A stretch of DNA of 63,399 nucleotides, the filler included, from Nemertoderma westbladi (lineage: Eukaryota; Animalia; Xenacoelomorpha), in the NCBI GenBank assembly GCA_032718475.1. It is 3 parts of 3 records of this genome, joined end to end, with 100 filler letters (N's around TTAATTAATTAA, not from the genome) between each part and the next. Parts side by side here need not be neighbours in the genome. Positions count along the whole stretch, not along the records: positions 24,121 to 50,350 come from JAUCBJ010004381.1; 2 more parts are not named here. One strand, given 5' to 3'. Positions 37,101 to 49,139 of the stretch are shown here, piece after piece. Below the pieces are notes generated by a model, which saw only the letters and a program-made list of their open reading frames with translations, was not told the origin of the DNA and searched no databases. How positions within the stretch are numbered: position 1 is the first letter of the stretch; each line of letters starts with the position of its first letter. The translations under genes and the position numbers were made by a program.

Positions 37101-40100
37101 GGGCCTAGAGACTAGTGTAACTTACTGGAAATAACGCACCTAGAGACTAGAGTGTAACTTACTGGAAATAACGCACCTAGAGACTAGAGTGTAACTTACT
37201 GGTAATAATGGGCCTAGAGACTAGATTGTAACTTATGGGCCTAGAGACTAGAGTGTAACTTACGGGCCTAGAGACTAGAGTGTAACTTACGGGCCTAGAG
37301 ACTAGAGTGTAACTTACGGGCATAGAGACTAGAGTGTAACTTACGGGTCTAGAACCTAGAGTGTAACTTACGGGCCTACAGACTAGAGTTTTACTTACTG
37401 GTAATAACGGGCCTAGAGACTAGAGTGTAACTTACGGGCCTAGAGACTAGTGTAACTTACTGATAATAACGGGACTAGAGACTAGAGTGTAACTTACGGG
37501 CCTAGAGACTAGTGTAACTTACTGGTAATAACGGGCCTAGAGACTAGAGTGTAACTTAGGGGCCTAGAGACTAGAGTGTAACTAACTGGTAATAACGGGC
37601 CTAGAGACTAGAGTGTAACTTACTGGTAATAACGGGCCTAGAGACTAGTGTGTAACTTACGGGCCTAGAGACTAGTGTAACTTACTGGAAATAACGCACC
37701 TAGAGACTAGAGTGTAACTTACTGGTAATAATGGGCCTAGAGACTAGATTGTAACTTATGGGCCTAGAGACTAGAGTGTAACTTACGGGCCTAGAGACTA
37801 GAGTGTAACTTACGGGCCTAGAGACTAGAGTGTAACTTACGGGCATAGAGACTAGAGTGTAACTTACGGGTCTAGAGACTAGAGTGTAACTTACGGGCCT
37901 AGAGACTAGAGTTTTACTTACTGGTAATAACGGGCCTAGAGACTAGAGTGTAACTTACGGGCCTAGAGACTAGTGTAACTTACTGATAATAACGGGACTA
38001 GAGACTAGAGTGTAACTTACGGGCCTAGAGACTAGTGTAACTTACTGGTAATATCGGGCCTAGAGACTAGAGTGTGACTTAGGGGCCTAGAGACTAGAGT
38101 GTGACTTAGGGGCCTAGAAACTAGAGTGTAACTTACTGGTAATAACGGGCCTAGAGACTAGAGTGTAACTTAGGGGCCTAGAGACTAGAGTGTAACTTGC
38201 GGGCCTAGAAACTAGAGTGTAACTTACTGGTAATAACGGGCCTAGAGACTAGAGTGTAACTTACGGGCCTAGAGACTAGTGTAACTTACTGGTAATAACG
38301 GGCCTAGAGACTAGTGTGTAACTTACGGGCCTAGAGACTAGAGTGTAACTTGCGGGCCTAGAAACTAGAGTGTAACTTACTGGTAATAACGGGCCTAGAG
38401 ACTAGAGTGTGACTTAGGGGCCTAGAGACTAGAGTGTAACTTACACGTAATAACGGGCCTAGAGACTAGAGTGTAACTTACGGGACTAGAGACTAGTGTA
38501 ACTTACTGGAAATAACGGACCAGAGACTAGAGTGTAACTTCCTGGTAATAACGGGCCTAGAGTGTAACTTACGGGACTAGAGACTAGTGTAACTTACTGG
38601 AAATAACGCGCCTAGAGGCTAGATTGTAATTTACTGGTAATAACGGGCCTAGAGACTAGAGTGTAACTTACTGGTAATAACGGGCCTAGAGACTAGAGTG
38701 TAACTTACTGGTAATAACGGGCCTAGAGACTAGAGTGTAACTTACGGGCCTAGAGACTAGTGTAACTTACTGGTAATAATGCGCCTCTGAGACTATAGTG
38801 TAACTTACTGGTAATAACGGGCCTAGAGACTAGAGTGTAACTTACGGGCCTAGAGACTAGAGTGTAACTTACGGGCCTAGAGACTAGAGTGTAACATACT
38901 GGTAATAACGGGCCTAGAGACTAGAGTGTGACTTTCCGGCCTAGAGACTAGGGTGTAACTTACGGGCCTAGAGACTAGAGTGTAACTTACGGGCCTAGAG
39001 ACTAGAGTGTAACTTACGGGCCTAGAGACTAGAGTGTAACATACTGGTAATAACGGGCCTAGAGACTAGAGTGTAACTTACGGGCCTAGAGACTAGGGTG
39101 TAACTTACGGGCCTAGAGACTATAGTGTAACTTACCGGCCTAGAGACTAGGGTGTAACTTAAGGGCCTAGAGACTAGAGTGTAACTTATGGGCCTAGAGA
39201 CTAGTGTAACTTACGATAATTTATAGGAACTCGACTCTTCGTTGCCTTTGGACGCATTGCTCATCTCATCAATCGGATTAATATCACGTTGTGGTGGCGG
39301 TGGCGTGGTTCGCATTATCGGTATCCCTCTGTTTGAAAAGAAACAGCAAAAGTTTTCGAAATTATCAGTCTTCCATATACTGGAGGAAGGGTTGTCAACA
39401 CCCAGGGACTTTACTCTATTTTTTATATTTATGAACTTTTTATTTAATATAAAATTAAAAAAATTTTACTTACAGGGATAGTGTTTCCTGACGATCACTC
39501 TTCCATACATCTATAAAATAAACAAACATCTCATTAGTCGCTATAACATTATAATTATTAGGGATAGAGTTCCGTATCGCACTACATTTTAAAACATATA
39601 TTATTGGTACTATTGCAACGTTGAAGAGTTCTAGAACCATAGAAAAGTATTATATACTATTTTAGAACATAAACAAATTCAAATATATAATGTTCTAGAA
39701 CACATAGCTAGTTTTTTTTAATTTTTAATAGCTAGTAGATTGTAAAAAAATTATTTTTAAATAGATTTCTGAATACATTTAAATGAATATTGATCCGTAT
39801 CTATTGAATATTAATGTAACTAATTAGATTAATTATCCATTGGGTATTGCCTTTTGTTTGCCTTTAATATCTCATGGAATCAGTTAAGTTTTCCTTTTCT
39901 TATCTGTCGCCTCCACGTTTATTCTGTTAGGTTTTCGGAGAAATTGTCTTCATAGTTTCCGCTCCTCACACAAAGCTCTGGCGTCGTATATTTTCCCAAT
40001 TATTATCCGTACCTTGTCTTTTAATTTCCTTAATTTGACTTTTGTGCATTTCGCACCCCAAACATTTTTTTAAAATTTTTTTGATTACTAGCAATTTTAA

Positions 40101-41101
40101 ATTTGAAAAATAATTAGCTACATGTTCTAGAACATTACATTTTTTATTTTATTTACGTTCTAGAATGGTGTATAATAATTACATTTTGTTCTAGAACTCT
40201 ACAATGTTGCCATGGTAACAATGACTTATGTTATAAAAATGTAGTGCTATACTAAACGGCTAGAGTTCCGTATGCAGTCGCATTTTTGATATTTTGATAT
40301 TAATGAATGAAATGATGTACTTATTGCATAGTAATATCACCACTGACTTCATTGCAACATTAAAAAAAATATTGTGTTCTAGAACATTAGCTAATTGACT
40401 TGCTAGTATTTTTTCAAAACATGATTTATTATATATAAACATTTTTTTTTGAAATTTCGAAAAATACTGCAATTTTTTTGTGTTATAGAACATTAGTAGC
40501 ATTTTACATTTTTGCATGGTAACAATGATTTATGTTATAAAAATGTAGTTTTATTTAATTACTAGCGATTATAAATTTGCAAAATGACTAGCTATATTTT
40601 CTAGAACATTATATTATTTATTTTATTTATGTTCTAGAATAGTGTATAATAATTATATTTTGTTCTAGAACTCTACAATGTTGCCATGGTTACAATGATT
40701 TATGTTATACAAATGTAGTGCTATATGTAATATAAATATACTAATGAAAATGAAATTTGCATTGAAAAAGTTATTGTTATTAGCTTATAGCTAATTATTT
40801 AGTTATTAGGTTATTAGCTAATATTGTGTTCTAGAACACAATATTTTTTTGAAAAATGTTGTGAGGAAGTCAACGATGGTGATTTAGTTCTAAATTAGTC
40901 ATAATATATGCCGATATATTTCATAAAAATTTTTTAGAAAATGCGACTGCATACGGAACTGTTCCCTACGAAACGTTACCAAATATAATTCGAGGAGGTG
41001 AACGCATACTGCACTAGTATCCGCGAGTTAGTTTCAATGATTAGTAAGTAAAATCTTTCCTACCTGACATGATTTCTCACGCTGCTGCTGTTGCCGATTC
41101 G
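31127..41101 (-). CDS. 3' part of a multi-exon gene with very small exons, product unknown
   Basis: AG/GT-bounded, phase-compatible exons: 41101-41064, 41008-40980, 39510-39474, 39328-39215, [34413-34400 or 34413-34396, and/or 33051-32990], 32212-32188, 31535-31127. They read RIGNSSSVRNHVS-MRSPPRIIFD-VWKSDRQETLSL-GIPIMRTTPPPPQRD...SYKLS-[...]-REGRGSGS-GLSKKEYKSIRR...ELYKSTLGAKHQLTRE...PDL*. The last exon has a TPR-like LGxxH helix pair. A further candidate exon is 48453-48361. Confidence 0.6.
31779..31845 (+). repeat. tRNA-derived SINE head, copy 2
   Basis: tagtgg A-box and ggttcgatccc B-box. Matches 3131-3200. Confidence 0.55.
32234..32880. repeat. 19-bp minisatellite (TACGTACCTGTTTGTGTGA), about 34 copies, intronic
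   Basis: Direct tandem array read from the sequence. Confidence 0.97.
34259..34389. repeat. Near-perfect hairpin of about 130 bp
   Basis: acaagtgtaatataagtagtgcgac...tcaagcacaataat pairs with attattgtgcttga...gtcgcactacttatattacacttgt. Confidence 0.9.
34400..39214. repeat. 4.8-kb satellite of 25/27-bp and 35/37-bp units, intronic
   Basis: Units are GGGCCTAGAGACTAGAGTGTAACTTAC with or without TGGTAATAAC. Higher-order duplications are visible. Confidence 0.97.
39560..40980. mobile_element. Nested AT-rich MITEs of one family (inner copy 40258-40966)
   Basis: TIR AGTTCCGTATGCAGTCGCAT and variant AGTTCCGTATCGCACTACAT. The inner copy is flanked by tactaaac / tacgaaac. Many GTTCTAGAAC motifs. Confidence 0.7.
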
Positions 41102-41174
41102 CTGAAACACTAATCTATCACAGAAGGGATGTTAATACTCCTGTCGATATTTGTAAATATTACAAAGTGTTGGC

Positions 41175-41231
41175 GGCTTTACTATGTTATGGGTACCCAC
41201 TTTTTGTGGGTACCCATAACATAGTAGTGCC
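41175..41231. mobile_element. 57-bp hairpin mini-element with 8-bp TSD
   Basis: tactatgttatgggtacccac-ttttt-gtgggtacccataacatagta. gtgttggc at 41167-41174 and 41232-41239. Confidence 0.85.
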
Positions 41232-41265
41232 GTGTTGGCTAGAAAAAATTCCGTAATATATAAAC

Positions 41266-42748
41266 GGCTCATAGCGTACTCTATTTGCAAGCGTGCAGCC
41301 TTCATAATTTATGGAAGCTGGATTATAACCGGTAGCGTACTGCTGTACTGTGTGTATGCAGGCATGGCTTGAAGCCTCCTCGTTTTAAGCAAGATACTAA
41401 ATTTTATGGTAGCTAGAGTTTTAGGTAGGTTTAGCTAGTAATTTCAACACTGGTTCCGATATCCTACTTTCTTCTATAAATACTTTTTAGTAGCTAGTTC
41501 TTGTTACTATTTGTATAGAAAATGTTCCAGAAGATGTTAGCTATTCATTTAATAAAAAATTATGTTCTAGAAAGAATATTTATTGTTCTAGAACATTTAA
41601 AAAAAACCTGGATTCGATTTAAAACGTATGGAATCGTCCTAAAATGTGTTTAAGATCAATATAAGAAATTGTGAAAAAAATATATTGTGAAAAAATTTAT
41701 TTGAAAAAAAGATTTTGAAAATTTTTTTATTGATTTTAAACACGCGTTTTATATAGAATCCAGCTTTTTTTCTAAAAAATGTTCCAGAACAAAAAATATT
41801 TGGTCTAGAACATAATTTTTTTTAAATTAATAGCTAACATGTTCTGGAACATTTTCTATACAAATAGAAATAAGCACTAGCTACTATAATATATTTATAG
41901 AAGGAAGTAGGATAAAACACTAGCTACCATAAAATTTAGTATCTTGCTTAAAACGAGGAGGCTTCAATTACGTCCGTTGACCAAATTGCAACAAATGAAA
42001 AATTATAGAACTCTCCCCATGCCTGCACACACACAGTACAGCAGTACGCTACCGGTTATAATCCAGCTTCCATAAATTATGAAGGCTGCACACTTGCAAG
42101 GCCTTTAATAGAGTACGGTACGCTATGAAACGGCTAGAGTTCCGTATGCAGTCGCATTTGATATTTTGATATTAATTAATGAAATGATGTAGTTTTTGCA
42201 TAGTAATATCACCATTGACTTCATTGCAACATTAAAAAAAATATTGCTTTCTAGAACATTAGATAATCGACTAGCTAGTAATTTTCAAAACATGATTTAT
42301 TTTATATAAACATTTTTTTTTAAATTTCTAAAAATACTGTAATTTATTTGTGTTCTAGAACATTAGTAGATATGTTTTTTATGGTAGCTAGTGTTTTATT
42401 ACTAGCTAGTATTATTTGTAATCATAAAAAAATGTGAAAACATTGATATTTCAGGTTTAAACTGATGCATATACCGTAATGAACAAAAATATTGATGATA
42501 TAATAGCAATTTCCATTTTTTGCATGGTAACAATGATTTATGTTATAAAAATGTAGTTTCATTTTAAATTACTAGCCATTTTAAATTTGAAAAATGACTA
42601 GCTATATGTTCTAGAACATTAAATTTTTTATTTTATTTATGTTCTAAAACAGTGTATAGTAATTATATTTTGGTCTAGAACTCGACAATGTTGCCATGGT
42701 AACAATGATTTATGTTATATAAATGCGACTGCATACGGAACTGTTCCC
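41266..42748. mobile_element. MITE (GGCTAGAGTTCCG...CGGAACTGTTCCC) with 10-bp TSD, carrying a nested insertion in its left terminus
   Basis: atatataaac at 41256-41265 and 42749-42758. The body at 42132-42748 is homologous to 40258-40966. Confidence 0.8.
41270..42127. mobile_element. CATAG-ended MITE with about 100-bp TIRs and 8-bp TSD (P/hAT-like)
   Basis: catagcgtac ... gtacgctatg. aaacggct at 41262-41269 and 42128-42135. Confidence 0.85.
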
Positions 42749-42783
42749 ATATATAAACAGTACAGAACATAAAAACAGGTACA

Positions 42784-43520
42784 GGTACTAGTAGTGTAGC
42801 CCGTGTCACCATTATTCTGCCTTTCTTAATAGCTCTTTTTAGTTATTGATTTATTATGTTGTTGTGGAAAATATTTTGATTCATTAGACAATAAACTTAA
42901 TGAAGTTTTTAGTGTTTTCAATGGTAGCTAGTGTTTTTAAATAATACGATCAAATAAAATTTGAATAATACCAAACAATCCTGTTTTGGGCTATTGATTT
43001 ATGTTCTTGTATATATTTTGTCTAGTTACATTTTAAATATTAGTGGTAGCGTTAGTAGTTTTCAATGGTATTTACTGTTTTCATAAATAGTAACTAGTGT
43101 TTTTATAAAATACCACAAAATCTTAATTTTTTGTAAAATTCCGTTATTAAAATAATGTAATTTGCGTTTAAATAATCTCGCCGAGTTCCGTTGGAGGCAA
43201 CTCTACAAAGATTTTACTTTCACTGACTTGATTGAACTTGTTAGGAAAGAATATCCATAGTAAAGTAGGCATGTCTTATTTATTTATTTCTAAAAAGAGT
43301 CTAGTATACTAGTATAGTATACTAGAAAACTAGAAAAATAAATATAACGTGATTTACACAAAATTAATTTTATAGCTATAATGAAAACAGACTAGCAACC
43401 ATCGAAAACACTATTATTAAACATGTAATGTGTTCACACTATGTTCCAGAACATAAATCAATTAACATAAACAGCTATTAAAAAAAACATATTAATGGTG
43501 ACACGGGCTACACTAGTACC
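42784..43520. mobile_element. MITE
   Basis: ggtactagtagtgtagcccgtgtcaccatta ... taatggtgacacgggctacactagtacc TIRs. Confidence 0.75.
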
Positions 43521-43659
43521 CAAGAAACGTGTTCGCAGTACAACCGACCCGCTAATAGTCTAGTTTTGCAGTTTCGGTAATTTATTTGTGGACAACTCAA
43601 AAGATAAAGCTGTAGTTTACAAAAATTGTTCTAGAATATATATCAATAAGTATGCTGTC

Positions 43660-46410
43660 GCGTTATGATTTCTTGAATTTATAGCAATAGAAAAACATGA
43701 TGCTGGGCTATTTGTTTGAAGTTATAATGAGAATGCTTGGTGAATATCGTCTATCTATAGATGATTGCCGAGGACAGAGTTATGATAATACAAGTAACAT
43801 GTCTGGTATTTACATGGGCCTCCAGGCTAGGTTAAAATCCATCAACAATTTGATTGATTATATTCCATGTTCAGCTTATTCCCTAAATCTCGTTGGTGTA
43901 CAAGCGCAGAAGATGCCTTGAACAAATATTGGCTCTTCGACTTATAATCAATTTTGCTTTGTACAAAAAAATAAATTATTCGTATGCTTTAATGACTATA
44001 GTATAGTAAAGCATATGATAGAGTTTCTAGAGATAAGCTTTTTGAATACCTGACCGAAATTGGTTGCGGTAGAACTATGTTGTTGGCGCTAAAATCGATG
44101 TATATATGTACGAAGAACATTTTAAATGGTGCAATAATAATAATTTCAAAAGTAGGTGTTCGGCAAGGTGCACGTCTACAAGTTGTATATTATTTTGTAT
44201 TTTTTTTAAACAAAATGGTAACTATGATTAGATTAGCTATAAAGGAGGGTGGATTTCTTGTTGCTTTACATATTTTCCTACTGATGGATGATACAGTGAT
44301 TTTGGAAACTACGCGGGAAGCACTTATAGCCAAACTGAAACTACTCAGGCATGGTTATAAACAACGATAAGACTAAGTTTTTTGTTGTAAACGGTAGTGA
44401 AACGGACAAGCTTCCAATTGTATTACAAGGTTTAACAGTTGTTAGGTGCAATAGTTATATATATCTTGGTTCCCCTTTCGCTGCAGATGGAAAAATGTTG
44501 ACAGCGATAAAACTCCATGAGAAACGCTGTGAAGAAGTGTTGAATAAATTTATATTTTTTTGCAAGGCCAACCCTTCCATGCCCTTTATATACAAACTCA
44601 GAGTGTTTGAAGTATGTGTGTAGTCTCTACCCTTTTGTATGGTACGGAATCATGGCTTTATTGGGACTTGCGTCCGATTGAGCGCTATTACATGCGGATG
44701 GTAAAAGTGTGGATAGGAGTGAGACAGCAGACGCCAAACGATCTGTGTCTCATTGAGCCCGGGTTGCCGCCAGTGGCCTGGAGAGTGCTTGTTGCCAGGC
44801 AACGCTTCCTAGCAAAACCCCATGGCATTTCAACACCCTATACACAGGCACACACTGTCGCAGCAACGGGAAAGACACTGGCGTATAAAATACTAACAGA
44901 GGCGTCAAAAATAAAGTCGGGAGCACCGCTCAGCTTGGTGAGAGAGAGAGTGGGAAAAAAACCTAGCACCGCTACAAAATTTGAGACATACAAAACAGAG
45001 ATAAACCCAATTTTGTCGGACTGAAGCTTTGCTAGAAATGTGCCATTTTTTTTAATAATGTATCTCAGTTATATACATAACCTTTGATATTTTTATTATA
45101 ATACTTTAACTTAGCGTTTGCTTTGCATATTAAATTGTTTTGATTATTTGCTCTTTGTGTCTATACTGTACAGCGCAGTGTTATCAATTAATTTATGTTG
45201 GCCTACTTTATATTTAATGAACGAAAATATTATACAGCGCCTTGAGCGCTAGCTAACTAACTAACTAACTAACTAACTAACTTAACAACATGGTTCTAAA
45301 TGTTGTGAAGATGCCATATCTTATTTTGGTTTTGTTCAGTCAATTTATAACTTATTTTCTGCATCGGCACGGAGGTGGGGACTACTCACATTTGTGAAGT
45401 CAATATCTTCAACTCGCTGGTAAGCAAGACATGATGCAACCAGTGCCATTGTAGAGAACTATTGTGAATTATTGGAGGTTTTAAACTCATTATTTGTAGA
45501 TATGAATCAGTCAGGTACAACTCGAACTGAAGCTTCAGGACTTTTTTCTAAAATCAATGAGTACGAAACAGTGGTGATGTACGTGTCGTGGAATGCTATA
45601 TTAAAACTATACAATATTGCCAGTGAGGCACTTCAGAAGTCAGATATAAACCTTAATAATTGTGTTCAGATCTACGTGAGCCTTGTGGGTATTTAAGGAA
45701 TCCGTCCGAAATAATTTCTGTGAATATGAAAACCAGGCATATAATATTCTAGGACATCGAGAATATACAGAGAGACTGCGTACAAGAAAGAGAATACGTT
45801 TCTTTTGAGAACCAGATACTAAAGTTGACCTAAGTGAAAGGGAGAGGTTCGAACGGCTACATTTCTGAAGATGGTAGACTTATATCGGAACTAAAATACA
45901 GAAAAGAAGCTTATTCTGAGGTTCATAAACGGTTTGCAGTCTTATATTCGTTCAATGAGTCATCTGAATCAATAAAAATCAGAGCTGCAAATCTGAAACA
46001 ACATTATGATAATGATCTCGATGAGTCATTCACTGATGAGTGCGATAATTTTCTGGATATTTTGCTAATGACGCCATAAAAACTTCGCCTCTAGAACTGT
46101 TGAAATACATTAAAGAAACTCATGTATCAGAGCTGTTTCCTAACATTGTGATAGCACTGTGAATGAATTTCCCTGGCCCAATTTATTGCTGTTGCAATGG
46201 GTCAGCACACAATCAATGCACTTAAAAGACTGAAATCCTACATGTGCTCATCACTGGCTCAAGTAAACACTTCAAATTTAACTTTTTAGTTTAATTAGTT
46301 TTTTAGTTTAATTTAATTAGCTGTTGAATCAAACGTAACCTGCAAACTCGACTTCAATGATATCATTGAAGAATTCTCTGCACTCAAAGCAAGGAAGCGA
46401 GTATTTTAAA
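43660..46410 (+). pseudogene. Degenerate hAT transposase (ZMYM1-like), split by a LINE fragment
   Basis: CRGQSYDNTSNMSG and YIPCSAYSLNL at 43697-43910. Resumes at about 45300 with YFGFVQSIYNLFSASARRW and STRW, and ends with dimerisation-domain-like LFPNI ... DIIEEFSALKARK. Many stops and frameshifts. Confidence 0.85.
43920..45285 (+). mobile_element. 5'-truncated non-LTR retrotransposon (RT C-terminal half, 3' UTR, (CTAA)n tail)
   Basis: GVRQG, LLMDDTVI, KTKFFVVNG, YIYLG and LLYGTESW in successive frames. (ctaa)n at 45253-45282. Confidence 0.85.
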
Positions 46411-49139
46411 TTACAAAATATAATTAACAATTAATTTACTTAATATACTAATATTTGTTATTTTAATTATAATAATAACAATAATTTTTTGGCAAGTTAT
46501 ATTATAATTTTTAAAATGTTTTACCTGTCCTATCCGTTTTACCAATTTACATACATATTAATAAATAATCATTACTGATTTTATTTAATTATTTCAACGG
46601 AACACTAATACAATATAAGTATTATGGATATATATATACAGTATATATTATGTATTATGAGATACCGGTAAATTGTTAATTATACAATACAGTATACGTC
46701 AACAATATTGATTTCACCATTAATAACGACTATGATGTACAGTATGATACACGTTCGTGGGGCCATCGCGCAGGATGAGGGTCAGTTATTAGATAGGTAC
46801 AGATTAAAATTGAGCAATTCTATCCCAAAATCGGTACTTAAGAAATTTATATAAATAATTAAGAAGATTTAACCAAACTTTTACTTAAAAAAAAAACTCT
46901 CGCATTGGCAGCTTGGCATCGATGTCATAGAAGTCCACAGTCAAACTACTCAAAAAATTCAATGCATTCTTCAGTCCTCGGGTCTCGCTCATCAGTTAGT
47001 CCAGTTTGCCCGTAGCGCTAGCATAGTAGCGATACCAAAAGTCGAGGTCGCCAACGACACTGCGACAGACAGAGGCGGTGGCCTTGATGGCGAGTTGTAT
47101 GAGTACCGGTACAATTCCAAAACGTTGTTTGGTATTGCAGTATTGGGCTGTTGGGGTACCTAGTGCAGTAGTGGATACCGGAACATGGAATAAAGGTCAG
47201 CTGGTACAACCTGACAATATGTCAGTCTGTCTTAAGTCCGCATATTTTCAAAACTTCCATCGCTGCATGGTTGTCATTGCATTGGTGGGCGGCGCCAACG
47301 ACCTGAAGACGGTACCGGTAACTCTGTACCACTGTAACAGTACTGGTACCGTACTGTAAAACATAGGCTTATGTTTAGGCCTAAGATTAAGGTACCGTAC
47401 CGTACCAGTACATGATATGGCTGAATAGTCGCGATATCGCAATTCAGACATCACTCAGGTAATTGCAGGACTCCCTCTACCCTACCACACATACCAAATA
47501 CTCAGATAATGCAGTAGCAGTACAAAATTGACAGACTGACAACCGTCTAGAAAGCTAGGCCTACCACATACAGCAACAGCAGTGAGCAGTAGCGGTACTG
47601 AGTACAGGCATCTGATGGTACCAGTGTCGTACTCTGAACTCTGCACCTGGAAATGCTGGAGTGGCTGAAAGTGAAATAGGCCTACCACACTTCCCAAAGC
47701 CACATTATTGCTGCATTGTACCGGTATTGCTGAATTTCAAACCCACCTGATATATCCTGCAGTCTCCTAGCAACCAGCTGATGCCAAGCCTAATAATTTT
47801 TGGATAGATAAATTTATAATAACTGCAAGACAGTTACACAGAAGCTGCACAAAGACCCCACGCAAATTCAACTTGGAAAATTTCTAAACTTTTGCCAGAC
47901 TACATATGTACCAAGTTTGGATATGTTTTATCGTATATCGTTGTATCGTGGATATGTTATTAACGTTTAAAATTGGACACAACAAAACAACAGATCAACA
48001 GAACAACAGAGCAACAGACACACTGATTGAGTTAGTGGCACCTGTACAGGGGCGCCGGAAGCACGGGGGCAGCGGGGGCAGCTGCCCCCCCCCCCCCCCC
48101 CCAGCCCGTATGACAGAATTAACTCACACAACGGAAACGGCCCACACTATCTCACTATCTGACAATAAATTAATGTAAAATCGTTGCAAAAATGTTAAAG
48201 TTACATTCAGACATTAGCAGCCAGACCGGATATTACCAATAATGCCCCCCACCCACCTCGGCCCAGTCCTCCTCCGTGTATGATATAAAATCAAGTTCAC
48301 AGAAAGCCAGTCTATCTCTACCACAGCATCATAGTCTGTAAATATGGCCTTGTGACTTACTTGACAATGGAAGCAAGTGGAGACTAGTTGACCACTTGGC
48401 AACCCTTTCCTTTCCTTTCCTCCTTCGGCGTACTCTTCAACTCTCGATGTTGCCTTACTTATGTTAAAATAATTTAGTGTTCTCGAATATTTATTACGAA
48501 ACTAGAGAGCCGCTTAACTACATGAACCAATATTGGATATTGAGTCCTTATATTGGATCCTAGGGAATAAAGGTGCTACTTTTTTCTCCCCTTTTGGGGT
48601 ATAGAGTATAATGTAAGAATAAAAGAATAAGAATATAAGAATAAAATGTGTTATGTTGAGGCATTTTATTTACCAAGCGTTAGTGAGGTTAATACAGGGA
48701 CGAGAGAATATTTAAAAAATTATTCTACTTTTTTTCTTATGTAATAGGCCTACGTAATTTTATTCTTAAATTGGAACATTTTTGTTGTCTAATTCTTCTA
48801 ATTAAAAAGATGGAGCAATAAGTTGTTACAATAACTATTTAAGTAGTGGCAAAAAAGTAGGCTTTTTTTGTCGAGCGTAGCGAGACAAATAAGAAAGCAA
48901 GACAAAAATATTACTTTTTGAACCACTTACGTCGTTTTATTTGTTGTAAGTCTTCACACTTTTATCTGGGCCTACTGTATTTCAGCATAAATATCGTCAA
49001 TCGAAGCTTCATCCATAGCGAAATAACGGCATACCCTGGGTAGGCTACCCATACTGCCATAGTTTGACCAAATTTTTTCTTATAAAAAGGCTTTTATCAT
49101 GAGGTTTTTTTTCTAGAACAAATATTTGACCTTCTGACA

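Noticed and set aside
34400-39214. CRISPR-like or telomeric array
   Set aside because: No unique spacers, no cas genes, eukaryotic context, and the unit is not a telomere motif.
48931-48971. Candidate exon with a strong GTAAGT donor
   Set aside because: Stops in all three frames with the nearest acceptor, so it could not be placed in the gene model.
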